Positions 37,467-49,500 of a stretch of 64,000 nucleotides of DNA are shown in pieces. Below the pieces are notes generated by a model. The model did not search any database and was not told the origin of the DNA. It saw nothing but the letters and a program-made list of their open reading frames with translations. Numbering within the stretch: the stretch's first letter is position 1; every line of letters starts with the position of its first letter. The translations under genes were made by a program, and so were the position numbers. The DNA comes from Podarcis tiliguerta (lineage: Eukaryota), in assembly GCA_965153285.1 (NCBI GenBank), contig OZ229121.1; one strand, 5' to 3'.

Positions 37467-37508
<42 letters not shown>

Positions 37509-40500
37509 TTTGAATGGAAAGCGGCATAGAAATACAATGAATCAGCAGTCAAATCAGGTGTGCAGCAAGTAACAGTCTGGCTCAGCCAAAATGAGATTTG
37601 AAGGCACTGCTGATCAGAGGTGGTTGCTGATTGTCTGGTCTTGAGGAGAGCTTTGCAAGACTTCACAAGACTTGATAGTCTGCTGATCGTTGGGTCTTGT
37701 GAAGCCCTTTGCGCTACACTGAGATTGAATTGATTATTTTATAGGCCTGTCATATAACTGGGTTCTTTATATTGGTGATTACAAGACTAAGTTATTTGAT
37801 TAAAAAATACCGCTATAAGTATGTGATGAAAGTTGTGTAGGAACACAGAAAATAAGATGCAAGCAAATATGGTTCACTTGTATTCAGTTTATGCAGCAGA
37901 GTTGAGAAATGATAGTGCTTCTGTAGTGTTTTTGTTTTGATGACTCAGCAACTGCGTCAGTAACGGTGTGTTGTAATGTTGTTTAGCAATTAGCAGGTTT
38001 AATATTCAGCATTTCCAGTAATTATTGGAGAAGAAATATAAAAGCTACCTACCTGAAATTCATTTTTATAACTTCTGTTTTTGAACACGATACCTTAACA
38101 TTTTAAAAATACTAGTCTGTTTAGACATGCTTACAAATAATAAAGAAAAACTGGTAGTCTTGAAAATGTGGCTTGAACAGTTCACCTGACTTGGCTCTGG
38201 CCTAGAAGCCTCACCAAAAGCTTTTACTAACTGTTGTGTCTTTTTCTTGGCATCAGTAGGAACAAAGTTAGTTAATACAACGTTGTGCTCTCTGGACTTT
38301 TATCTAGTGGTTGCTATGTTTCATAAAACTCTTTATATACCTTCTGTACAAAAGCAGCACATTTACCTTTTTACTTCTGTACTATTTTTAATGCTTTTCC
38401 AGGTTTTATCATTTAAGTGTTCTGATATTTTATGGGATTGCAATATTAAACTTATAGACGTGTTTATAGAAATCAGCTTAAAGTAATTTAAGACTGCAAT
38501 CAGCTGCACACTTACAAGTAAGCTTGTGCAACACAGTTAGGTTTACTTATGCACGGTGTTCTGCTGTGCATTGTGTCTTGATAGGAAGATGCTTCAGAAC
38601 ACATTTAACCATTTGAAGAAGCTTTTATTCAGTTCTTCACTGTTGAAAGAAAAAGAAATATTGCACTTAAAATGACTGACATTTTAGTACAGCGGAACCT
38701 CGGGTTACCTACCATCCTCCTTATGAATGCTTTGTGTAACGAGCTCCGCTAACCTGGAAGTAGGTGCTCCTGGTTGCAAACTTTGCCCCGGGATGCGATC
38801 AGAAGTTGTGTGGCAGCAGCGGGAAGCCCCATTAGTGAAAGTGCGCATCATGTTAAGAACAGTTTCAGGTTAAGAACAGACCTCTGGAACGAATTAAATT
38901 TGTAACTGGAGGTACCGCTGTATAGCATCTGTGGTTGAAAGTTTAAATTAAGCAAAATGTTTTCAACATTAGTTATTTGAGTTGTTAGTGATGAAGTTTG
39001 ATACTATTTGGGAAGTCTAAACTCTAAAAGATCCAGTTGCTCTTTACACCAGGGGTGGCTAATCTGTAGCCCTCCAAATGTTGGACTCCAACCCCCATCT
39101 GCCACAACAAGCATGTTCAGGGGTTGGGGTTGAAGGGAATTGTAGTTCCACAACATCTTAAGGGTCAAAGGTTCTCCACGTCTGCTTTACATAGTTTAAG
39201 ATGTGATAGTATTGGAAAACATCACTTCCTCCCTCATCCAACCATTCACATTGGTTAGAATTAATACTGTTGTACCTTTTAAGGCCACAGAAACATAATA
39301 CAGACATTGAGCTTAATTATTATATATGATAGTAGCCCTTGCCCATTTTATTGGCACCAATAAATCTCTTGCTGCTAAGGCTGTGATAGGGGAGTGATAC
39401 TGGATTTATTTTCTAGCAAGAATTTGAATACTGTACGTGCAGATTAAAGATAATACAGAACCAGAAAGAGGTTTGCTTGAAATATATTTCAGTGTACGAA
39501 GAGGAACAATTTCCTTTTCCTATTTGAACATGCTGCTTTGTAGCTAATAAAAATAATCACAGCTTATGTATGTGATAGGTTGGGCTGGCTTGCTCTTCTC
39601 GTCCTTTCATATGGCTGGAAGGTAGGTATTCTGTTAGGTTTTGATTCACTTGCAAAGAAATTTGGTTTTGTGTTACATATGAATTGAGGATTGTGGCTTT
39701 CAGCTAACAGTGATTACCAGTGTTCTGGCAATGAGCTACAAAACCATAAATGACTTGGGGCCTTTATACCTGAAGAAGCACCCTGGAAGCATTGATGGAG
39801 AACTTCTGACCCTTGTTAGCATCCCATCTTTGTGTGTTGCACATAGTGTGATGTGGGAGAGAGCCTTCTCTTGTGGCACCCTGCTTGTAGAACGTCTGTT
39901 TCACTTATATTTGACTGGCATTAGTCTTGTTTTCATTTCGGCACCAGGTTAAACTTGGTTATTTGCTTAAGCTTTAGTAATTGTTAATCTCACTGATTAA
40001 TTTGTATTGACTGTTAATTGTATGTTAAGGTTATTTATTTTATCAACTCCTGATTCATTGTTGGCTTTATTACAAGATTGGTGTATCCTGCCCTGAAATT
40101 CTCGGATAGAGGACATATTATTTGATGTAAACTGGTGCTTAGCTCATACTTGATCTAAAGCCAAGATTCTTTGAAAGTGAAACTAAGCTCTGCAGAAGAC
40201 TTCCTGACCCTCCAGAAGGAGCAGAGAAATCCATGGACCTGATCGTTTCCCCTTGGTGTGTGGAGGTTCATGCATATAATGCTGAACCATGGTTTAGCAT
40301 TTTATGCAAACCGGGCTTATATTTTGAGTAGCAGTAGAGCTTCTACTTCATAATGGATCTTAATCTATAGTTTGCTGCTTTAAAATGCTTTTCCTGGAAT
40401 TCTATTGCTTCTTAGGCATTGCTATTTTGTCCTAGTCTTGCAAATGCATAATGTTTTCCAGTATGTCCGATACTGGACGTTTTGCCCCTAGACAATCAGG

Positions 40501-43500
40501 GGGCTTTGCAGCTCAGTATAACATTAGAAATGCTGGAAGTTGATGGTTTCGAATAAAGAAAGAAATAGACAGTTTTCAGGTAAAATATTGCATACTCTCA
40601 TTTATAAGGCTATGGCACTCCTGGTTCTCAGTGTTAGGTGTGAAGCCTGCTGCATCTCCATCATGGAGGTGTTTGGCTTCCTAAAATAAAGCTTAAAAGA
40701 GGAGTTATTTCTTTTCCAGAAACTAGTTATGTCTGCACCTTTACAGAAGGTGTGTCCAGTGGTATGTGCAAATGAGATTTCTGTCTAGACCAGCCATTGT
40801 TCCTGCCTTGATGGCTATTGTTAATCCTTTTACCCAGAATCCAATTGCTGGATGAAATGGGTGTGATGCATAAGACCCCACCTTTTTCACTTTGAAAACC
40901 TAAAATTTCAGGGGTCTAGATCAGGGGTCAGCAACCTTTTTCAGCAGGGGGTCAGTCCACTGCCCTTCAGACCTTGCGGGGGGCTGGACTATATTTTGAA
41001 AAAAAAAAAGCATGAACAAATTCCTATGCCCCACAAATAACCCAGAGATGCATTTTAAATAAAAGGACACATTCTACTCATGTAAAAACAACAGGCAGGC
41101 CCCACAAATAACCCAGAGATGCATTTTAAATAAAAGGACACATTCTTCTCATGTAAAACATTTTGGTTCCTGGACCGTTCCCAGGGCGGATTTAGAAGAC
41201 TATTGGGCTGAATCTGGCCCCTGGGCCTTAGTTTGCCTACCCATGGTCTAGATCAAAGAGTGAGGCAACTGAGTTCTGTAGCATAGACACTGTGAGATTG
41301 GTGCTATCTGGTGTGTTCCTGCTGTCTTCAGAGATTATAACGGGTTCCCTCAAACTTTGTCACACTAGAGCAGTGGTTTTCAACCAGTGTGCCATGGCAC
41401 CCTGGGGTGCCTTGAATGATGGTAAGGGGTGCCACGGCCAACACTAGCCTGTCCCTCCCCCCCCCATGCACTCTCGTGTCCTCCTTCCAAAGGCTTGCAC
41501 AGCTGTTTGTTGCAGCAGCCCTGACTACAAGCTCCCCAGGCAAACAGTGCCTCGGGGTCTGGCCAGGGGTGCTGGTTGTCAGGAGTAAGCAAGCAAGTGG
41601 ACAGACAAGTCCCAGGCCCCTGTGGGGCAATGTGAGGAGATGTCTTTCTTTGGGGCAGGGGTGGGGCGGCTCAGAGACCAGGGATGGTAGCAGCAGCTGC
41701 CTGGAGGACTCCCAAGGAGAGGGAAGAGGAGCAGAGGCTGAGGGAATACTCCACAAGGGAGGGTCCTCTAAAAAGGATGAGAGGCTGCTAGCTCTGCAGG
41801 CAAGGGGTGACATAACTGGGCACCTGAGTCCCATAGGGGTGCCGCAGAAAGAATATAGTTGGTCAAAGGAGCCGTGGACTCAAAAAGGTTGAAAACCTCT
41901 GCAATAGAGGATAACTGTGCCAGCTCATTCCCCTTCAGTTGCTATGGAGAGTGTTATATGCTTTCCCTATCAGAACAGACAGGGTTAAGAGCACTTTGGG
42001 CAGAAAGATTATATAGTCTTCTAGCTGGAGAGTTTCTTGCTCCCCCCCCCCTTTTTTTTTTTTGAAGGCCTCAAAAGCCACTGGGATGTTTCGAAACTCA
42101 ACAGCAAAAGAACCCGTTGGTTCCAGAGCGCCCGTCAAATTTGAATTGCCTCATGAGTTTTCATGAAGATGCAAGGTTTCTTTTAATGCCTCTGTGATAT
42201 TTATATTTGGAAGCATTTTTTAAGTGTAGCAGTACAGAGTCCCAGTTTGCTCTTCTGAATAGCTGCAGTCCAAAATAGGTGAATGAATAAATTTACATTG
42301 TGAATTATTGAGGAGTTTGAAGGGTTTCCCTAAAGAACGGCCTTGCAGTTACCTTGCTAAGTAAAAATTAAAGATGAGCTTGTTTTTATCCCAGCTTTCA
42401 TGAGGCTTCTGTCTTATCCATTTCAGTGGCATAATCACCTCTCTTTTTACCAGAGTTTCAGTTCCCTGGCTAAAGGAACTCCTGGAATAATAATAACAAT
42501 AATAATAATTCAATTTATTACCTGCCCTTCATCATCAGGTTCCAGGGTGAGTTCGAACAATTTTAAATTCAATTTTAAAACCGTGAAATCATAGCTTGGT
42601 ATAGGGCTTAATTCTCTGTATTGTATGTGTAATACACCTTTTAATTATATATTATGCTGAAATCCTAAGAAGGAATGAGAAAACCCACTCCTGTTAGCGA
42701 ATGGGCTTGACTGTATCAGGTTTGTACACCAAGGGGGGCGGGGATTATGTTTGTTGCTTGCAGAGAGCACAGAGTGTTTTCTATTGTACTTTATCAGATA
42801 GCGACTTGGTATTCTCTTAATATTTTCCTCAATATTAAGGAATGTGCTTGGTAAATGAAATCTGGAATTCACAGTGTCCAGCCTGTTTTCTGGGTCTTCA
42901 TGCCTTGATTACTTCATCTTAGTATTGTGAGCTTCTTAAATCCATATGTTGTATTTTAGCAAAAGTAGAGACTGGTGGAGTGAATCTGTTAATAGGCAAG
43001 CTTCCTGTAGAAAGACTTTCCTGTTGAAGAGCTTCTGGGCTGTTGCCTCTTTTTCTCCTGTTTTGTCTAGTGGAGCCTTTCTTACATTGATTTAAATCAG
43101 GGTTTCTGAACTTCTGAGTTCATTGTCTCCTTGTTGAACTTTTAAAGTTGCCATCAACCCACACTTCCATTATTAGGAATGTAAAGGAAATAAAGTAAAG
43201 GAATAACAGTATATATTCAACTTTTATTAGTTACCCATCACTATTACTAGGAATATCAAATGTAAGAAAAGGAAATAGAACAAGTGAAAATAACGATGAA
43301 ACCATGCCATTCTGTACATGCCCATTATTTCTGAGCTTAATAGTTTCTATTTTTTTTGTTCTGTACCATGTAAACTTGCGTTACACCCCTAAGAGTGCTG
43401 TTAGCTCAGGTCCTGCTTGCATGCTTCCCACAAGCATCTGCTTGGCCACTGTGAGAACAGGATGCTGGACTACATGGATCATTTCCCTGATCCAGCAGGC

Positions 43501-46500
43501 TGTTATGTTCTTATTGCCCTTTACGACCCCATGGTCTTTATTCACATCCTGCATCGTCCCATTTACCCCAGGAGGTCAATGTAAACTGCTTTGAGAAACC
43601 CATAATTAAATTGCAGGGTGGAATTGCCCTGTTTTTCCTCTTCCCCACCCCTAGAGTTTCACATTCCTATTATATATTTATTTATAAATTTATTCATAAA
43701 ATGTTTGTTAAAAGTATGTATCAAACTTGAACTTTTCACGTCAAGAGCAAATTTGATATCCTTTTGATTCAGTGAGTGCGTGACACATTATCATCTTTAT
43801 ATGCTAGCAAATGAAACTTGTGTTTTGCTAATATGAGCAGAGGTCTCCCAAATCCAACTCTGATTCAAATCTATAGATAAGTGTTTGAATTCTACCAGGG
43901 TGAATTGATGTAAATTAAATAATGATTTAAATCAGCAAGAGAAAAAGTTGGAGTTCCCACTGATACGGCATATATTTCTTAAAACTTAATGGTGTTTTAT
44001 TTTACAACTAACAATAGTTACTGTATTTATCTGTGTATAAGACCGTCAATCTCCCCAAAAAAGCTCAACAAGTTTGGGTGCAGTAAATATATTGGTGCTT
44101 TGAATATTTAATAAAAAAAGCAAAGTTGCTCTGTTTGAAGTTAAAATATTGATTTCTTAATTTTGGGTTCAAAAAAATAGGGGTTGTCTTATACATGGGG
44201 GCATCTTATACATGGGAAGATATGGTATTTTCTTACAACCAGGCCTTTCATCTATTTATTTCATGTTATACATCTTACAGACTTTGTTTTTTTAAAAACA
44301 ACATCAACAACAACAACCCCTATATAGTTAAAAATGTTGCTGTACAAGTCTCTCCTATGACTGGCAGCCATGACAATTGATTAAGTACACCAGATGATTT
44401 TTATTTTCTTTCTAGTTATGCTCCTTTATATTTCTCTTTGCCTTGGCTTTGCAACCCTTTGGTTGCAAAGTAGCAACCAAAAATGAAATACCAGTGACTG
44501 ATAATTACTGGCAGACTAGAGCAGTTTATATTTACAAGGTGATGGTGGTTATGTTGAGCTGGTACAGTGTAAGGGCAGTATTCTACCAGCTTCTCCATCA
44601 GCATAAGATTTGCCACTAGCACAATGAGACTTCACCCATCCCCCTCTATGCACACCCCACCACCCTACCATTTCCCTGAATCTGCTCTGGGGGGTTGGGG
44701 AAAATCTAGAACAGATTTAAAGGGGTGTACGAGAAGGGGGATAGTTCTTCTGTGCAAGCTTTGTGCTGATGAAACTACTTAGCACTAAATTGAATACAAT
44801 CCTAAGTATTCGTAGGTGAGAAATGATCAGATTGGTTCTTTTACATAAAAGTCCTTTGGCTCAAACGTATCTGATAGAGGGTCTTGATTTGGCTTAGAGA
44901 TTAACTGTAATGCTTATATCTAGATATTTAATATTAACTTATTTAAAAGAAACGTTGGCTGAAATCCAACACCATGTGAGTTGGCATCTGCAATCTGACT
45001 ACCCCTTCCTTTTCTGTCTGCCTGCAGTCCCCCACCCACCTGCTCCAGAGGTTTGAAAAGGCATAGTGTCAAGGGTTAGCTGCAGAGGGAAGAGAGAAAA
45101 GGAAAATTGTGTTGTGCAAGCAGAAGTCTGTAACGTTGGCAGATACACAACTGAATATCACCCTTAGTATATATACTTAAAAAGCAACACACACCATTTT
45201 TATACACCCTGATTCTCATAGCCCAGCATTTGTGAGTGTGTCTTTGAACTTATATTGCAGTGGTGGTCTTTAAGGCATACTTAATATTCTGCATTTGACT
45301 CCCAGATTTTATAGTGCTCCGATTTTAGATTGTTCTAGTGGTGAATGTGTTGACCTACATTTATGCTAACTTTTAGCTTTCAGAATAGAAATGGCCTGGC
45401 CATTTTGAAGTACACATAGTATTTTCTCATTTGGAGGGATTTTTGTACAAATAAGTTGCCTAGTAGTATTTCATGGATTGTCGTAATTTAGCTGTCAATG
45501 TGGTATTAGGATTACTTTTGATTTAGGTCTCCCATTTTGAGTGAGAAAAATGCACATTTCCTACTTTTATAGTAATTGCGTTTTTTTGGGATAATGATGT
45601 ATACTTCAGCACTCTGGATCATGTGAAAATGCTCTACTTTGAAATATCTGTAAATAGGTAGTCTCAGATATTATGATGCATGAAAAACGGACTTAAATGG
45701 ATTTTAAATGCCTTAATATAGATATAGGTTGAATAGTAAGTTCCTCTTTGTGTCTTGTAGAAGTTTGAGTCATATTTAGGTAAAATCGTTTCTTTTCATT
45801 GGTTATATAGCAACATTACAGGCTAATCCTATTTAGCTGAGCTAACAGAGCCATGCATAATTTTTAAGGGAACAGGAAGCACTTGTACAAATCAATACAT
45901 ATCAGGATTATAATTTTATATTGGTCTGTCATCTGCTACGTGATATAGTAAGTATTTTTACTTGTATCTGAAAATTAATATAAACTTTTAATTTTATTTT
46001 TTAGGGACCAGTTATTCTCCACAAGAAAATTCTCATAACCATAGTGCTCTTCATAGCTCAAATTCACACTCTTCTAATCCTAGCAATAATCCAAGTAAAA
46101 CATCAGATGCAGTAAGTATCTATGGTGAATTATGCAACTTTGTTTTACTTTATTTAACCCACAGACAGTGCGTTCTCTGGTTAATTTTCAATTAATGCAA
46201 ATTATTAGAGCAAGACTGGTCAGGCTGTGTTCCACATTCAGTATTTGAGTTCATAGCACGTAATATGAGTGATAAATACACATTTCAGAAAGCTATTCTC
46301 TTGCATATTGCTTTGAACCTATTGTTTCTTCAAGTCTGGTATGGCAGTAGGTTTAAAAACTATGGCAAATAGAACATCCATGAAGGAAGATGTAGGTCTG
46401 CTGTTGGAAATATTTTTACCCATTGCAGATGTAACATTGGTGTGTGTTTAGGGAGTAGACTATGGGATTGTGCATTCTGTCTCTTGGTTTGTCTGATTGA

Positions 46501-49500
46501 ATGTTCAATTCCAATTTAAAGAAATTTGGACAATCCCAGATTCCTTTTCACAACATTGATTCAACCCAGTTTGGAAACGGAATTTGGATTGTCCTCAGAT
46601 TGAGCTAGAAGTAATTATGATCAGACTTAAACCAAGGTAGGTGGGAAGGCATGCACAAAAACAAGATCCAGTGCTGGAAGCCTAGTTAGCATTGTCTGCA
46701 CTGACCTTAAATCTCTATGAACACAAGGGTTCCTCTTACTAAATTAAAGTATATGTTAAAGGACAAACTGGAAAGAGGGGTGGTGGTTTTTTTTTGGTAT
46801 AGTATATTAAGCTGATTCCATCACTTTTGCCCTCCCTTCCCCAAGTCCTATGATTCTGCAGATGACTGGTCTGAGCACATTAGTTCTTCTGGCAAAAAGT
46901 ACTACTATAACTGCCGAACAGAAGTTTCCCAGTGGGAAAAACCAAAAGAATGGCTTGAAAGGTAAGTACTAATATAAGAGGTGAAATGCAGTGTGGTACT
47001 GCATTTGATATGATTTAACTGTTTGCTTTTTCCTCTCCAGAGAGCAGAGACAAAAAGAAGCAAGCAAAATATCTGTCAACAGTTTCCCAAAAGACAGAGA
47101 TTACAGGAGAGAGGTGATGCAGGCAACTGCTGCTAGTGGGTTTGCTAGTGGAAGTATGTATGTTTTAATACAATAAAAAAATCTGCCTATCCATTTTCTA
47201 TGCTTTGTCAGTAATTTCACATCAAAACAAATTTTACAGATATGTTAGACTTTATATGTGTTTTCTTGATGTACTTGTGCCTGATTCTTGCATAGACACT
47301 GAAATGGTTCCTGTGATATATTTTATGAGCATGAATTGTACTCACAGGTCTTGCACAAAGCACTATAAACTGGTGCTTTCCCCCTTTTCTTCAATGACAA
47401 GTTCACCAGCATGTCTAAAGTTCTCTGTTTGGGTTGAGAATCTAGGTTGCTTTCTGTATTAATTTCAAAAATGGGTCAGTTTAGGAATTGTTTATAAATG
47501 TTGCACATTCCACCTTTCTCATGAATTTCAAGCACAATTGTAATGTCAGTATGAAAGCATATTGAAGATGAAACCTTTCATTTTTATATTAAAAATATTC
47601 TCCTATATCCCTTTACAACTTCAATGTTGTCCCTTTACAACTTCAATGTTGTGTAGGTTTGAATACAAATGCTTCTGAGTTTTCAAACCTGGAGTAATTA
47701 ATTTAGAGATGTGTCATTAGTTTTTATTATTTTATGTTGGAATACTAGATGCAAGTGTGTTTAACTCCCTATAACCCTTGAAGGCAGTAATGTCATTGCT
47801 TCTCAAGAATATTTTAGCAGCTTGTCCCCAGAAATGGTAGTTCCACCTCCCTCAGAAGTTGAGGGGGGGCCTGGGAGAGGGCAATCTTTGTGGCAGCCCC
47901 TCTTTCCTCCCCACAGAGTTGCATTTGGTTTCTTCACTATGTAGCTTTTTGCAAATTTGGAAGATACATCTCATTACCCTAGCCTTTTGACACCTGAGAT
48001 GTGCGTTTCCTGTAATTAGAATCTGTTTTCATTTTTTAAATTTATTATGAAGTGTTCGTATTGGGCTGTTCCTCTTGCAAAAGACTCTGGCAGGAGCACA
48101 TAATTGTGTGAGGTAGACTGCTTCTCAGTTTTTTCCTCCTGCCTAGGACAGAGCTCTCACTATTTTGTTGGCTGTTAGTCAGCTGAGTCCTCTTTAACTC
48201 CTTTCTTTGTTATTCTTTTGTTATTTAGTAATCTTCCTCTTCTTTAGTTGTAGGATACTTTTGCCTGTCTTTGTTACTGTTTGGTGTCTGTCCATTTTTT
48301 TACTGTTTGGTTTCTGTCCTTTTATTTGTCCTCCACTGAGGTAAAAACAACAACCCTTGCCTCCTTGCTAAATATCTTTTGCTATTCTATGCTCAGTGTT
48401 TTACTTCTATTTAATTCTTTACTTCTGGTCTTTATTTCTTGTTGCTGGTCGTTTCCGTTTTGGCGGTGCCTTTGACACCTAAGAAGTGTGCTTTTGGGGC
48501 CCACTCTATTCCTGTGATTGGAATCTGTTTTAACTGTTTTTAATTTTATATTGTTGTAATCCCCCCCCCCCCGGGACCTACTGGTAATAAATTTAACAAC
48601 AACAACAAATAATGGAATTTGGTACTGAAGCACTCAAACCTTGTAATGTGGCATTTGTAGATATAATATGAATATTAGAAAAGTTAAATTTGATAAGTAC
48701 TTCACAGCATCGAGTATTTTATGAAATAATGTTCATTCTTTACAATTGGAGCTAGAATAGGATTAAAGTTCAGTAAATGCAGATATATTTACTTGGTCAG
48801 TATTGGAGCTCTAATTTGGTCTTTTCCGTTTCTCATTGCAACATTGTGAATGATAAACAAAAGTGGAAGAGAAGCATTCCAGTGATGCCGCTAATATGCT
48901 CCCACAGAATATTTTGTCTCAGACAAGCAGACACAACGACAGAGACTACAGACTGCCAAGAACAGAGACTCACAGTAGTTCGACCCCAGTACAGCATCCC
49001 ATCAAAACAGTGGTTCACCCATCTACTACCCCAAGTTCTGTTCCACCTAGTCCATTTTCTCTACAGTCTGACCACCAGCCAAAGAAATCGTTTGATGCAA
49101 ATGGAGCATCTTCCTTATCAAAACTGCCTACACCCACCTCTTCCATCCCTTCACAGAAAACTGAGAGAAAAAGTTTGTCAGGTAAAAACGTTTTTGGCTT
49201 CTCCATGTTGTTACGTCAGATGACTATAGAATACACAACCTTTAGAGCTGTAGCCTGCTTGCCCTATGCAGAGGAGTTGAGGTTTACATTAACCACGAAT
49301 TTTAAACCTAGAGCTCCAGCTCATATATTTGGTTGTCACCTAATGACATGTGTTGCTATTTTTTATTTTTTTATTTTTGACATGACATTTTCAGTGATTT
49401 ACTCATTTTCTTATATCTGAAAAGTATGCTTAAACATTAAATTGCTTCAAGCCTTTTCAGGAAAGCATAAGTGGCATAACTAGCTTGTTTGACATATTTG

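Noticed and set aside
41328-41892. 158-168 aa ORFs on both strands
   Set aside because: They lie within a GC-rich non-autonomous hAT element and have no transposase motifs
47609-47652. 22-bp tandem duplication CCCTTTACAACTTCAATGTTGT
   Set aside because: Ordinary slippage duplication with no spacer structure; not CRISPR-like
48777-49223. +1 frame open across exon 7
   Set aside because: Separated from the exon 1-6 ORF by the stop at 47115 and best explained by amino-acid composition; kept only as a caveat
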